In this document: positions 14,301-26,871 of the stretch, in pieces
Position numbering within the stretch: the first letter of the stretch is position 1
Layout: every line of letters starts with the position of its first letter
NCBI GenBank assembly: GCA_964016885.1
Contig: OZ024756.1
Coordinates: 10,664,001 to 10,728,000, forward strand
Direction of reading: 5' to 3'
Source of the DNA: Eledone cirrhosa
Lineage: Eukaryota
DNA: 64,000 bases
Program-made: the position numbers and the translations under genes
The notes under the pieces: model-generated
Database searches by the model: none
What the model was told of the DNA's origin: nothing
What the model saw: only the letters and a program-made list of their open reading frames with translations

Positions 14301-17300
14301 TTAACACAGCCTTACAATGTTACATTGTTATGTTACAGTTGGAGGGAGGTTATCATGTCTTTAACACAGCCTTACATTGTTATGTTACAGTAGGGGGGAG
14401 GTTGTCATGTCTTTAACACAGCCTTACAATGTTATGTTACAGTAGGGGGGAGGTTGTCATGTCTTTAACACAGCCTTACAATGTTATGTTACAGTTGGAG
14501 GGAGGTTATCATGTCTTTAACACCGCCTTACAATGTTATGTTACAGTAGGGGGAGGTTGTCATGTCTTTAACCCAGCCTTACAATGTTATGTTACAGTTG
14601 GAGGGAGGTTGTCATGTCTTTAACCCAGCCTTACATTGTTATGTTACAGTAGGAGGGAGGTTGTCATGTCTTTGACACAGCCTTACAATGTTATGTTACA
14701 GTAGGAGGGAGGTTATCATGTCTTTAACACAGCCTTACAATGTTATGTTACAGTAGGGGGAGGTTGTCATGTCTTTAACCCAGCCTTACATTGTTATGTT
14801 ACAGTAGGGGGGAGGTTGTCATGTCTTTAACACAGCCTTACAATGTTATGATGCAATAGGAGGGCGGTTGTTATGTCTTTAACACAGCCTTACATTGTTA
14901 TGTTACAGTAGGCGGGATGTTTTCATGTCTTTGACACAGCCTTACAATGTTTTGTTACAGTAGGAGGGAGGTTGTCATGTCTTTGACACAGCCTTACAAT
15001 GTTTTGTTACAGTAGGGGGAGGTTGTCATGTCTTTAACACAGCCTTACAATGTTATGTTACAGTAGGAGGGAGGTTGTCATGTCTTTGACACAGCCTTAC
15101 AATGTTATGTTACAGTAGGCGGGAGGTTGTCATGTCTTTGACACAGCCTTACAATGTTTTGTTACAGTAGGAGGGAGGTTGTCATGTCTTTGACACAGCC
15201 TTACAATGTTATGTTACAGTAAGAAGGAGGTTGTCATGTCTTTGACACAGCCTTACAATGTTATGTTACAGTTGGGGGGAGCTTGTCTTGTCTTTAACAC
15301 AGCCTTACAATGTTATGTTACAGTAGGGGGGAGGTTGTCATGTCTTTAACACAGCCTTACAATGTTATGTTACAGTAGGAAGGAGGTTGTCATGTCTTTG
15401 ACACAGCCTTACATTGTTATGTTACAGTTGGAGGGAGGTTGTCATGTCTTTAACACAGCCTTACAATGTTATGTTACAGTTGGGGGGAGCTTGTCTTGTC
15501 TTTAATACAGCCTTACAATGTTATGTTACAGTAGGGGGGAGGTTGTCATGTCTTTAACACAGCCTTACAATGTTATGTTACAGTAGGGGGGAGGTTGTCA
15601 TGTCTTTAACACAGCCTTACATTTTTATGTTACAGTTGGAGGGAGGTTGCCATGTCTTTAACACAGCCTCACAATGTTATGTTACAGTTGGAGGGAGGTT
15701 GTCATGTCTTTAACACAGCCTTACAATGTTATGTTACAGTAGGGGGAGGTTGTCATGTCTTTAACACAGCCTTACAATGTTATGTTACAGTTGGAGGGAG
15801 GTTGTCATGTCTTTAACACAGCCTTACAATGTTACATTGTTATGTTACAGTTGGAGGGAGGTTATCATGTCTTTAACACAGCCTTACAATGTTATGTTAC
15901 AGTTGGAGGGAGGTTATCATGTCTTTAACACAGCCTTACAATGTTATGTTACAGTTGGAGGGAGGTTATCATGTCTTTAACACAGCCTTACAATGTTATG
16001 TTACAGTAGGAGGGAGGTTGTCATGTCTTTAACACAGCCTTATAATGTTATGTTACAGTAGGAGGGAGGTTGTCATGTCTTTAACACAGCCTTACATTGT
16101 TATGTTACAGTAGGGGGAGGTTGTCATGTCTTTAACACAGCCTTACAATGTTATGTTACAGTAGGCGGGAGGTTGTCATGTCTTTGACACAGCCTTACAA
16201 TGTTATGTTACAGTAGGAGGGAGGTTGTCATGTCTTTGACACAGCCTTACAATGTTATGTTACAGTTGGAGAGAGGTTGTCATGTCTTTAACACAGCCTT
16301 ACAATGTTATGTTACAGTTGGAGGGAGGTTGTCATGTCTTTAACACAGCCTTACAATGTTATGTTACAGTAGGCGGGAGGTTGTCATGTCTTTGACACAG
16401 CCTTACAATGTTATGTTACAGTTGGGGGGAGCTTGTCTTGTCTTTAACACAGCCTTACAATGTTATGTTACAGTTGGAGGGAGGTTGTCATGTCTTTAAC
16501 ACAGCCTTACAATGTTATGTTACAGTTGGAGGGAGGTTGTCATGACTTTAACACAGCCTTACAATGTTATGTTACAGTTGGAGGGAGGTTGTCATGTCTT
16601 TAACACAGCCTTACAATGTTATGTTACAGTAGGGGGAGGTTGTCATGTCTTTGACACAGCCTTACAATGTTATGTTACAGTTGGTGGGAGCTTGTCTTGT
16701 CTTTAACACAGCCTTACAATGTTATGTTACAGTTGGAGGGAGGTTGTCATGTCTTTAACACAGCCTTACAATGTTATGTTACAGTTGGAGGGAGGTTGTT
16801 ATGTCTTTAACACAGCCTTACAATGTTATGTTACAGTTGGAGGGAGGTTGTCATGTCTTTAACACAGCCTTACATTGTTATGTTACAGTAGGGGGAGGTT
16901 GTCATGTCTTTAACACAGCCTTACATTGTTATGTTACAGTAGGGGGAGGTTGTCATGTCTTTAACACAGCCTTACATTGTTATGTTACAGTAGGGGGAGG
17001 TTGTCATGTCTTTAACACAGCCTTACAATGTTATGTTACAGTAGGGGGAGGTTGTCATGTCTTTAACACAGCCTTACAATGTTATGTTACAGTAGGAGGG
17101 AGGTTGTCATGTCTTTAACACAGCCTTACAATGTTATGTTACAGTTGGAGGGAGGTTGTCATGTCTTTAACACAGCCTTACAATGTTATGTTACAGTAGG
17201 AGGGAGGTTGTCATGTCTTTAACACAGCCTTACAATGTTATGTTACAGTTGGAGGGAGGTTGTCATGTCTTTAACACAGCCTTACAATGTTATGTTACAG

Positions 17301-18995
17301 TTTGAGGGAGGTTGTCATGTCTTTAACACAGCCTTACATTGTTATGTTACAGTAGGGGGGAGGTTGTCATGTCTTTAACACAGCCTTACAATGTTATGTT
17401 ACAGTAGGAGGGAGGTTGTCATGTCTTTAACACAGCCTTACAATGTTATGTTACAGTAGGGGGGAGGTTGTCTTATCTTTAACACAGCCTTATAATGTTA
17501 TGTTACAGTAGGGGGAGGTTGTCATGTCTTTAACACAGCCTTACAATGTTATGTTACAGTAGGGGGGAGGTTGTCATGTCTTTAACACAGCCTTACAATG
17601 TTATGTTACAGTAGGAGGGAGGTTGTCATGTCTTTAACACAGCCTTACAATGTTATGTTACAGTTGGAGGAAGGTTGTCATGTCTTTAACACAGCCTTAC
17701 AATGTTATGTTACAGTTGGAGGGAGGTTGTCTTATCTTTAACACAGCCTTACAATGTTATGTTACAGTAGGAGGGAGGTTGTCATGTCTTTAACACAGCC
17801 TTACAATGTTATGTTACAGTTGGAGGGAGGTTGTCATGTCTTTAACACAGCCTTACAATGTTATGTTACAGTAGGGAGGAGGTTGTCATGTCTTTAACAC
17901 AGCCTTACATTGTTATGTTACAGTAGGGGGGAGGTTGTCATGTCTTTAACACAGCCTTACAATGTTATGTTACAGTAGGAGGGAGGTTGTCATGTCTTTA
18001 ACACAGCCTTACACTGTTATGATGCAATAGGAGGGAGGTTGTTATGTCTTTAACACAGCCTTACAATGTTTTGTTACAGTTGGAGGGAGGTTGTCATGTC
18101 TTTGACACAGCCTTACAATGTTATGTTACAGTAGGGGGGAGGTTGTCATGTCTTTAACACAGCCTTACAATGTTATGTTACAGTAGGGGGGAGGTTGTCA
18201 TGTCTTTAACACAGCCTTACAATGTTTTGTTACAGTAGGGGGGAGGTTGTCATGTCTTTAACACAGCCTTACAATGTTATGTTACAGTTGGAGGGAGGTT
18301 GTCATGTCTTTAACACAGCCTTACAATGTTATGTTACAGTTGGAGGGAGGTTGTCTTATCTTTAACACAGCCTTACAATGTTATGTTACAGTAGGAGGGA
18401 GGTTGTCATGTCTTTAACACAGCCTTACAATGTTATGTTACAGTAGGGGGGAGGTTGTCTTATCTTTAACACAGCCTTACATTGTTATGTTACAGTAGGA
18501 GGGAGGCTGTTATGTCTTTAACACAGCCTTACAATGTTATGTTACAGTAGGAGGGAGGTTGTCATGTCTTTAACACAGCCTTACGATGTTATGTTACAGT
18601 TGGAGGGAGGTTGTCATGTCTTTAACACAGCCTTACAATGTTATGTTACAGTAGGAGGGAGGTTGTCACGTCTTTAACACAGCCTTACATTGTGATGTTA
18701 CAATAGGGGGGAGGTTGTCTTGTCTTTAACACAGCCTTACAATGTTATGTTACAGTAGGAGGGAGGTTGTCATGTCTTTAACACAGCCTTACAATGTTAT
18801 GTTACAGTAGGAGGGAGCTTGTCATGTCTTTGACACAGCCTTACATTGTTATGTTACAGTAGGAGGGAGGTTGTCACGTCTTTAACACAGCCTTACATTG
18901 TGATGTTACAATAGGGGGGAGGTTGTCATGTCTTTACCACAGCCTTACATTGTGATGTTACAGTAGGAGGGAGGTTGTCATGTCTTTAACACAGC
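5345..18995. repeat. Minisatellite array 1, 52-bp unit, roughly 260 copies
   Basis: Unit GTTGTCATGTCTTTAACACAGCCTTACA(T/A)TGTTATGTTACAGT(A/T)GGAGGGAG, with 51-bp and 61-bp (9-bp internal duplication) variants. Confidence 0.98.
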
Positions 18996-19289
18996 TGAAG
19001 ACTCTCCCAACACCGCTCCTACCATCAATCATACGACAGAAAATTAACAAATTTCTTTATATTTAAATGGTTTCATTGTTTCAAACAAGGTAGAATATTT
19101 TGTAGGAATTCTCTGCACTCCATAATGGAAAGCAGAGATGTCTGTAACATTGAGCTATTATCATTAGTGAAATTGCAAATAATATCGATACCTCGTTAGA
19201 GTGCTGAGCTTTGGTTACATAATCAGTATCCTTTTAGTGTTATTAACACCACCTCTGAGTACATTTGGTGATATCATCATCATTTTTAT

Positions 19290-19594
19290 CAGCATCATTT
19301 TATGTCCGCTTTTTCCTGCTTGCAAGGGTGGGACGGGAACTGATTCTGGCTTGATTTCTACAGCTGGATGCCCTTCCTAACACCAACCTCATTTACAGTG
19401 TGGGCTGGGTGCTTTTTTTGCCATGGCACCTCTACGACCACTTTACAGTAGAATGATATGGACGCCAGTCCCTATCATCTCATTTCTACAGCTGAGTAAA
19501 CTGGAGCAATGTGAAATAAAGTGTCTTGCTCAAGGTAACAACACATCACCCCGGTCTGAGAATTGAACTCACAATCTTTCGATTGCAAGGCCAA
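19290..19594 (-). mobile_element. SINE family B (tRNA head, CORE-like domain, RTE-type tail), 5'-truncated
   Basis: Minus strand CCTTGAGCAAGACACTT...CCAGTTTACTCAGCTGTAGAAATG, ending in GCGGACATAAAATGATG. Confidence 0.85.
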
Positions 19595-19996
19595 TATATA
19601 TATATATATACAAATATATACACACTCACATACATACACACACACACACACACACTCACACATACGGAAAGCTAGCCATACAGAGGGCTAGGAGGACCCT
19701 TCACAATCTCCCTAGTTTTGGTGATCTACACAATAAATGCAACCAGTACACGCTGTAAAGTGGTTGGTGATAAGAAGGGCATCCAGCTGTAGAAATCTTG
19801 CCAAACAAAGAGTCAGTAAGACCCGTCAGTCATGTCAAGGACATGACAACCTCTCCTGTGCACTCAGTGAAACGTGAGACCATATGTAAGGTGGATACAG
19901 ATCCCTAGCCTGTCCAGATGGTTAGTAGCCCTACTTCAGTACTGGCTGCGCTAGCAGGGAAACTGGATGTTGAAACAATGATGATAATTATATCTA

Positions 19997-20878
19997 TCTA
20001 AACAATAATAAAGTAAGAAGTGCGAGACTGCGTACGGTTTATAATTTTTTATCCCATTAGTAAAATAAGTCGGATTACTTTGAATAAATAATTGTTTCTA
20101 CTTTAGGCACAAGGCCAGCAATTACCCAGTACATTACTGGTACTTTATTTTATCGACCCCGTAAGGATGAAAGGCAAAGTTAACCTCAGCGGGATTTCTC
20201 TCAGACTGTAAAGGGACATAACTATGCTAGAAAGCATGGCGTCTAACCCTCTACCGATACTGCCAATTCTGAATAAATAATTGTTTCTACTTTAGGCACA
20301 AGGCCAGCAACTACCCAGTGCCTCACTGGTACTTTATTTTATCGACCCCGTAAGGATGAAAGGCAAAGTCAACCTCGGCGGGATTTGAACTCAGATCGTA
20401 AAGGGACGTAACTATGCTAGAAAGCATGGCGTCCGACCCTCTACCGATACTACCAATCCACCGCCCTGAATAAATCCAATTCTGAATAAATAATGAATGA
20501 ATATTACATAATTTATCTACTAAATTTCGTGGCTGTTTATTAAATATATTTTATTATTTATTTAAAGATTCACTTCTTTAAAATTTTCAAATGTCAACAC
20601 TTCCGGTGGTGATCGCTCAAATAAACATATTAATTTTCTGTCACTAATTTTCTCCTAATGCAGTTTATATATAATATCGTCTTTTTTTAATGTATCATGG
20701 ATTACGTTACTGATTACAGAAGACAGTGTAACACAGTCTTTGTTCAATTTCTGTGTATATTGTCAATTACGATTTTATTTGATGTATCGTATCTATATGT
20801 ATATATACCTGCGTATAATATCAATATATGCACTACACATGCTAGCAGAAAACCACCCGAAGGGTGGTTTTCTGCTAG
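19997..20878 (+). mobile_element. Non-autonomous Helitron, copy 1, with two nested SINE A insertions
   Basis: A|TCTAAAC...hairpin-CTAG|T termini, no target duplication, homologous end to end with 60813-61568. Confidence 0.78.
20088..20466 (-). mobile_element. Two tandem SINE A copies inside the Helitron
   Basis: Two family A bodies with TGAATAAAT(AA) repeated before, between and after them. Confidence 0.85.
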
Positions 20879-21105
20879 TACATATAAAATTGCTTGTTTG
20901 TTGGTCTGTTTATTACTAATGCACTCAAAAACCAGTGCACCAATCATGTCTAAACTTAGAATGAAAGGTCCTTAGACTCAGCTATAGGTTGTCCTCATAG
21001 GGGGACCTATATTGGTTTAAGGGACAGGATATGCCTTCTACATGGTCAATACACACTCTCTCTCTCCCTCCCCCTCCCCCTTCTCTCTCTCCCTCTCTCA
21101 CTCTA

Positions 21106-21155
<50 letters not shown>

Positions 21156-21360
21156 ATATTTGGGGAGGGTCATATTTGCGTAATATTGCCAGAATTAATA
21201 ACAGAACACACTCACTGTTTGGTTGGTTTTCGCTTCTCGCTGTCTTTTATATATATATATCTGCGATCTAACTTACTCGGTCCTCAATGTTGCCATTGAC
21301 TGACCGGCGGTCAAAAATAATACAGATACAATATAGACAAACACATATATATATAGTTTA

Positions 21361-21402
21361 CATAAATCTTTCGTTGCACATCTGCAACATCGTCAGTGGT
21401 GT
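21361..21402 (-). ncRNA. Hammerhead-like core in PLE 2 3' region
   Basis: CTGACGA-T-GTTGCA-GATG-TGCAAC-GAAA. The homologue at 31993-32020 has a covarying stem GTCACA/TGTGAC. Stem I is not convincing. Confidence 0.5.
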
Positions 21403-21670
21403 TATATTCATTGTTCCTCCTGTTGTGTTGTATGTCTACGCCATTTTTTTTTTTTGTTCAGTCTGTCTATATATTTATTTATTTATTTGCTTGTTTGTTT
21501 ATCTTATTTTATTTTGTCTTCTTTGCGCATGCGTTTGCGTGTGTGTATAGTGTTATGTGTGATGTGTGACTAGTGTGTATAGTGTTGTCTGCTGGGTGAC
21601 TAGTGTGTGTTTATGTGCTTGTGTATGTATTTATTTATCTTATTTTATTTAATTTACTTTACTTATTTAT

Positions 21671-24613
21671 TTATACTTCTCTTAGGTCAGTGTTGTTTGT
21701 TTGGGTGTTGTTGTTGTTCCACTCATTCTTTCTGTTTAGCTTTGGTCTTCTAATTTCTATTTCACTGGCCTCTCTGATTTGCCTATCTGCTGGGTCATTC
21801 CTATGTTTAGATATTATTCTAATTTCTATGTTGTCTATGTTACCGTCATGGTGTTGTCTAGCATGTTCGTATAGTACTGACCCGTTTTTTCGTCCTTTTA
21901 GTTCCCCCCAGTGTTGGTCTATCCTTTCACCTATGCTACGAGCTGTCTCACCTATGTATGTTGTTGTCGTGTTTCTGCAAGTACCCTCTGTACATCTTAT
22001 GCTATAGACTACGTTTCTAGTTTTACAGTTTATCCGGGGGTTCACCTTACATATGATACATTTCCTATTGGTACAGTGGGTTTTCTTAAAAGGGTAGGTT
22101 TTGCTGATCAGGGATTTTATGGTGGTTCCTGGCTTTTCTACCACCTTTATTTTTAAGTGGGTCTTTCTCAGGGCCTTTCTACACTGGTTAGCTAATTTCC
22201 CTCCAGGGGTGGCGTCCACAAACATGACACTCTGATATCTCTGGTTGTCGTACCATGAAGTGGCCTTCCCTATCTTATGTCTAGCCCTATCTAAGCTATT
22301 CCATGATTTGCTCCTGTATAGTGGGCAAATTCCTTTCATGTCCAGTTCTATGAGGGTCTTATACTTTTCCATGGCTCCTTCGTATACTCTGACTCTGTCT
22401 CTTTGGTTGTAGCCAGAGAACTGCATGCGGTTGATGAAGTGTTGGATGTGTCCTTCCATTTCTGTTGGGTCGCACATGCTGGACACATTCTTCATCACTC
22501 GTACCAAATCTGCGATCAGAATATTAAACTTAGCACTACTGGACATTGCTGAGTTTTTGAGTATCAGGTATTTGGAGGCCATGGGTTTAGCATAGTGTGA
22601 GTGGAGAATTTGGGCTCTCTCGTCTATAGTGTTAATCCAGAGTTCTGTGTCTAATACAGGTAGTCTATTGTTAGGGTGTTTGGAAGGGAAGTCTATAGTT
22701 ACAGTTATACTCTGGTGTATGGAATTAGCTATCTGCTGGATGCTTTCCATCGTGCTACGTTCTAAATCAAACTTGTTAGTGCTCTCTAGTGGGGGTGTTC
22801 TTATAACTATATTGATATCGTCTACATAACGAGAGTACATGATGAGGTCTATGGAGCTTTCATTAAGGAGATCTTTAAGTCTCCTTTCCCACCATACCAT
22901 GAAAAGGTTGGCAACATCGCCAGCTATGCTGACGCCGATGGCTGCTCCCTCATTTTGGGTGTAGATTTTCTCATTGAACTTAAATATGTGGCCCTTTAGG
23001 GTAGTTTTGATACTAGCCCCTATTGCATGTGCGACCATTTTTCTTACCTGATCAGTGTTTTGGGGGGTCCGTATAGCTTTGGTCCACCCAATCCACCTTC
23101 CTATGGGAGTCTTTTTAGCCATTGAGGTTATGGTGGGGGGTCTACCTCTTATAGGTCTACTAGGGCAGAAACATCTAAGGTCATGGCTGTCTAGGTAGTC
23201 AGTGTCGTAGGTAAGTCTAAGTAGGAGGCCCAGTTCGTCTGTGTCGACGTCGCAGAACTCCACCTCACTCTCAATGATCATCTCCACACATCTTTTCACA
23301 GCAAAGTCAATGTTAATGGATGGGTACAGTGACACCACATCCATGCTGCCTATTATGCAGTTGGATAGGCTCCTGTTTTTGTTGCACTCACTGATTCTGC
23401 TGAGGAGGTCCTCTGTACTTTCACATACATCTGGGGACATCTTGATTATGGGGCGCATAACCATTGAGAGGAAGTAGGAGATCCTGTAGTTGCTAGCTAT
23501 ATTAGCTCCGCATACAGGTCTTGTTGGTGGTCCTATTGTCGGGTCGTCGACTGTCTTGTGGTCTTTGCGGAGCCCATACAAGGGTGGTATGCCATTGTTA
23601 GACGCCTGGAAGTTGTTGGCAGTGCGTCTGCTTGGCTTTAGGATGTCAGTCCACATCATCATGTGAGCGTTGAGGATTTTTTCTCTCCCATCGTGTGTTA
23701 GTTGTGCAACTTCGCTCGTGTTGGTGATGTGGGGTTGCATTGCCTCGATGTAGTTCGGCATGCTATCTATTGACATCCTACCAGACTTATCTGTGGGTAG
23801 ACACACTACCTCACCATCCCTTGTGCGCTGCTTGAGGCTAACCAAGCCTTCTACAGGTTTTATCCCAAGTTGTTGGGCCTCTGGTCTGCTCTGTCTCATA
23901 GTGTACCTGTCTACTACTTGTCTAATCTTATTTCTAGCTATGGTGAACTGTGCCTCCGTCTCGTCATCTATTTGTTGTGGTATGCAAACTCTTTTATTAA
24001 AGGGTAACCTCGTAGGATAGATATTACCCATCTTATATGTTTTGTCAGCTGGGTTGAAAAATAGTTTCTCTAAGGGGTTGTCGTTATTTCTATCGTCATA
24101 GTTGTGTGTGTTGCTATTATTGTTATCATGGTGGTTGTTGTTGTTTCTATCCTTAGCATTAATATTATTATTGTTATGATTGCTAGATGTATTGTTGTTT
24201 ACTTCACCGTTATTGTTGTTGTTACTGCTATTTCTACCATTGTGGTTGTTACTATTATTATGTTTCTTGTTTTTGTTGATGTTGCTACATGTACTATTTC
24301 CATTATTACCACTGTGGTTATTGTTGTTGTTGTTGTTCGTATTGTTACCGTTATTACTACTGTGGTCACTGTTGCTGTGTCTGTGGTTAACGTTTCTATT
24401 ATTATTATTATTGTGGTTGTTGTTGTTCTGTCTATCGCTAGTATTATTACCATTATCACTATTTCTCACTTTCCTGTCATTGTTATGGTTATGGCTGTTA
24501 TTTCTATACCCAGAGTTATTGTTTATATTACTACTACCGTTATTATTGTTGGCAATTACGCAAATATGACCCTCCCCAAATATAACAATATCGGTTTCGA
24601 CACACGATTTCAT
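21671..24613 (-). CDS. PLE RT + GIY-YIG endonuclease, 980-aa open frame with Asn-rich N-terminal part
   Basis: TDKSGR, LYGLRKDHK, RPVC, SMDVVSLYPSI, QNEGAAIG, YSRYVDD, LPVLD; CxxxxCxxC then VVYSIRC..YIGETAR..R..QH, EA..I..LN. The first ~20 aa derive from the inverted terminal piece. Confidence 0.93.
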   Translation of the reverse strand: MKSCVETDIVIFGEGHICVIANNNNGSSNINNNSGYRNNSHNHNNDRKVRNSDNGNNTSDRQNNNNHNNNNNRNVNHRHSNSDHSSNNGNNTNNNNNNNHSGNNGNSTCSNINKNKKHNNSNNHNGRNSSNNNNNGEVNNNTSSNHNNNNINAKDRNNNNHHDNNNSNTHNYDDRNNDNPLEKLFFNPADKTYKMGNIYPTRLPFNKRVCIPQQIDDETEAQFTIARNKIRQVVDRYTMRQSRPEAQQLGIKPVEGLVSLKQRTRDGEVVCLPTDKSGRMSIDSMPNYIEAMQPHITNTSEVAQLTHDGREKILNAHMMMWTDILKPSRRTANNFQASNNGIPPLYGLRKDHKTVDDPTIGPPTRPVCGANIASNYRISYFLSMVMRPIIKMSPDVCESTEDLLSRISECNKNRSLSNCIIGSMDVVSLYPSINIDFAVKRCVEMIIESEVEFCDVDTDELGLLLRLTYDTDYLDSHDLRCFCPSRPIRGRPPTITSMAKKTPIGRWIGWTKAIRTPQNTDQVRKMVAHAIGASIKTTLKGHIFKFNEKIYTQNEGAAIGVSIAGDVANLFMVWWERRLKDLLNESSIDLIMYSRYVDDINIVIRTPPLESTNKFDLERSTMESIQQIANSIHQSITVTIDFPSKHPNNRLPVLDTELWINTIDERAQILHSHYAKPMASKYLILKNSAMSSSAKFNILIADLVRVMKNVSSMCDPTEMEGHIQHFINRMQFSGYNQRDRVRVYEGAMEKYKTLIELDMKGICPLYRSKSWNSLDRARHKIGKATSWYDNQRYQSVMFVDATPGGKLANQCRKALRKTHLKIKVVEKPGTTIKSLISKTYPFKKTHCTNRKCIICKVNPRINCKTRNVVYSIRCTEGTCRNTTTTYIGETARSIGERIDQHWGELKGRKNGSVLYEHARQHHDGNIDNIEIRIISKHRNDPADRQIREASEIEIRRPKLNRKNEWNNNNTQTNNTDLREV

Positions 24614-24741
24614 ATAAAAAACCTCGCAAAACTAATTCATCGCCTATATATATATATATATATATATAAACATGTGCTACAATTCAAAGAATTTTAAAAA
24701 AACAAAAAAACAAATGCTAATGTTTATTTTCATAATGATAT

Positions 24742-25133
24742 AGAGGCACATGGCTTAGTGGTTAGAGTATTAGCCTTGCAATCGGAAGGTTGTGAGTTCA
24801 ATTCTCAGACCGGGTGATGTGTTGTTTCCTTGAGCAAGACACTTTATTTCACATTGCTCCAGTTTACTCAGCTGTAGAAATGAGATGATAGGGACTGGGG
24901 TCCCTATCATTCCACTGCAAAATGGTCGTGGAGGTGCCACGGAAAAAAAGACCAAGCACTCACTGTAAATGAGGTTGGTGTTAGGAAGGGCATCCAGCTG
25001 TAGAAATCAAGCCAAATCAGTTCCTGTATGAGCAAGGCATGGTCAGCCGACCAGACACTGACCACAACAGGACAACCCGTCTAACCCATGCTAGCGTGGA
25101 AGAACGGACGTAAAACGGTGATGATGATGATGA
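24742..25133 (+). mobile_element. SINE family B, full length
   Basis: TGGCTTAGTGG A box, GAGTTCAATTC B box, CORE-like segment, AGGAAGGGCATCCAGCTGTAGAAA, tail GGACGTAAAACGGTGATGATGATG. Confidence 0.9.
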
Positions 25134-25152
25134 TATGTGTATATATATATAT

Positions 25153-25189
<37 letters not shown>

Positions 25190-25278
25190 AAAGGTAAACA
25201 AATAACAACACAATCGGTACACTATATGGGAGGAATATTTTAATTTAACGCTTGAAATAGCAGGAAGAGGGTCTTAAC

Positions 25279-25463
25279 GTTTCTACGTTAGGCACAAGGC
25301 CAGCAATTACCCAGTGCATTACTGGTACTTTATTTTATCGACCCCGTAAGGATGAAAGGCAAAGTTGACCTCGGCGGCATTTGAACTCAGAATGGCAAGG
25401 GCCGTAACTCTATACGTCAAAGCATGGCGTCCGACCCTCTACCGATACTGCCAATCTACCGCC
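25279..25463 (-). mobile_element. SINE family A
   Basis: Family A sequence. Confidence 0.88.
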
Positions 25464-25683
25464 TTTGTATGTTAATATATAATGGTGTGTGTGCATGTAT
25501 ACAGAGCTATATATATATATATATATATATATATAGCTCTGTTAAGGGTGAAAGCAGCGATTCTTTGCTTAAACTTTAATCTGTTATTTTAATAAATATT
25601 TGCTCTACGGTTCTTATATATTTGATATATATTTTCCTTATTGAGCCCTCTTTGGATTTTAGTCTTCAATTTTATTATTATTA

Positions 25684-25732
<49 letters not shown>

Positions 25733-25896
25733 GAAAAGATTCAGGACCCTGACGGCTGAGCGCCAGCCATTTCATATTACCCATTCTACTACCCCAAGTA
25801 TCAAGTATTCTGGTGGGTTATGGTCCACCTGGTTTTTTACCACACCCTCTCTCTTTATATCATCATCATCATCGTTTAGCGTCTATCGTCCATGCT

Positions 25897-26270
25897 AGAA
25901 TCACTCCAGGTAGAGCCGCTACTTCTCCAAATTGAGAGATCACAGTTCCGATACTATGGACATGTGGTTAGAATGTCTCAGGAAAGGATTGCTGGATAGA
26001 TTTTATGGGTAAACTCAACTGGCAGGAGACCCTGAGCAAGATGTTTGGATAACACCCATTGGCTTGGTTGGTCTTGCTTGGGGATCCAGTCAGATCAATT
26101 GGAGATGGTTGCTTCTGACAGAGGATCCAGCCAGATCAATTGGAGATGGTTGCTTCTGACAGAGGATCCAGTCAGATCAATTGGAGATGGTTGCTTCTGA
26201 CAGGACCCACTGGAGGGAGTGTTTGAGAACTCCGCCCTCGCGACCCTCTAAGTGGGCAAAGAAGAAGAAA
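25897..26270 (+). mobile_element. RTE-type LINE 3' fragment, degenerate, with an internal ~41-bp triplication
   Basis: Translates ESLQVEPLLLQIERSQFRYYGHVVRMSQERIA..GRRP; same family as 43381-43680. Confidence 0.75.
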
Positions 26271-26679
26271 ATGGAAAGATTTGGCTGCTATTTCATGCAT
26301 CTTGAGCTACCACATAGCTATTGAAATTTTACCGTAGCTGCCCCCTTTCTGAAAAATATCTGACTCCAGTTTGAAAAACTTGGGTTATATATATTTAGAG
26401 AATCCCAGGAAAGAAAACTCCATGGGGGGGGGGGGGGGGGAGTCCGAGGATCCGTCCTCTCTTCTTTTGTTTTCCATGGAAAAAATCCTTTGCAGCATCA
26501 TCGGAGATGAGATTAATAGATAGCTCATGAAAAAATCAAGGAAAACTAATTATTTCAAACAAAAATTGAGTGGGGGTTCTAAAAATTTACCCAAGTTATA
26601 TCATAATTTACTTTTATGGGTTTTCTATTTTGAATTTATTATTGTTGCCATTTGAATCTGTTAATTAGAGTTAGTTATA

Positions 26680-26871
26680 TTGGATTGGCAGTATCGGTAG
26701 AGGGTCAGACATCAATCATGCTTTGACGCATAGAATTACGGCCCTTTCCATTCTGAGTTCAAATCCCGCCGAGGTCAACTTTGCCTTTCATCCTTACGGG
26801 GTCGATAAAATAAAGTACCAGTAATGTACTGGGTAATTGCTGGCCTTGTGCCAAAAGTAGAAACAATTATT
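26680..26871 (+). mobile_element. SINE family A
   Basis: Family A sequence. Confidence 0.88.

Larger units (their letters stand above)
21148..24643 (-). mobile_element. Penelope-like element 2, flanked by (TA)n, with inverted 3'-terminal piece at its 5' side
   Basis: 24550-24590 is the reverse complement of 21148-21190 and extends about 50 nt further. (TA)n on both sides. Confidence 0.9.

Noticed and set aside
5345-18995. Many 60-115 aa ORFs (MLCYSWREV...) and a CRISPR-like periodic look
   Set aside because: These are translations of the 52-bp tandem unit. There are no unique spacers and no cas genes, and the context is eukaryotic.
24104-24697. Hydrophobic plus-strand ORFs resembling membrane proteins
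   Set aside because: Antisense of the Asn-rich tract of the PLE 2 ORF.
24742-24830. tRNA gene
   Set aside because: The A/B boxes belong to SINE heads; there is no complete cloverleaf and the sequence runs into the SINE body.
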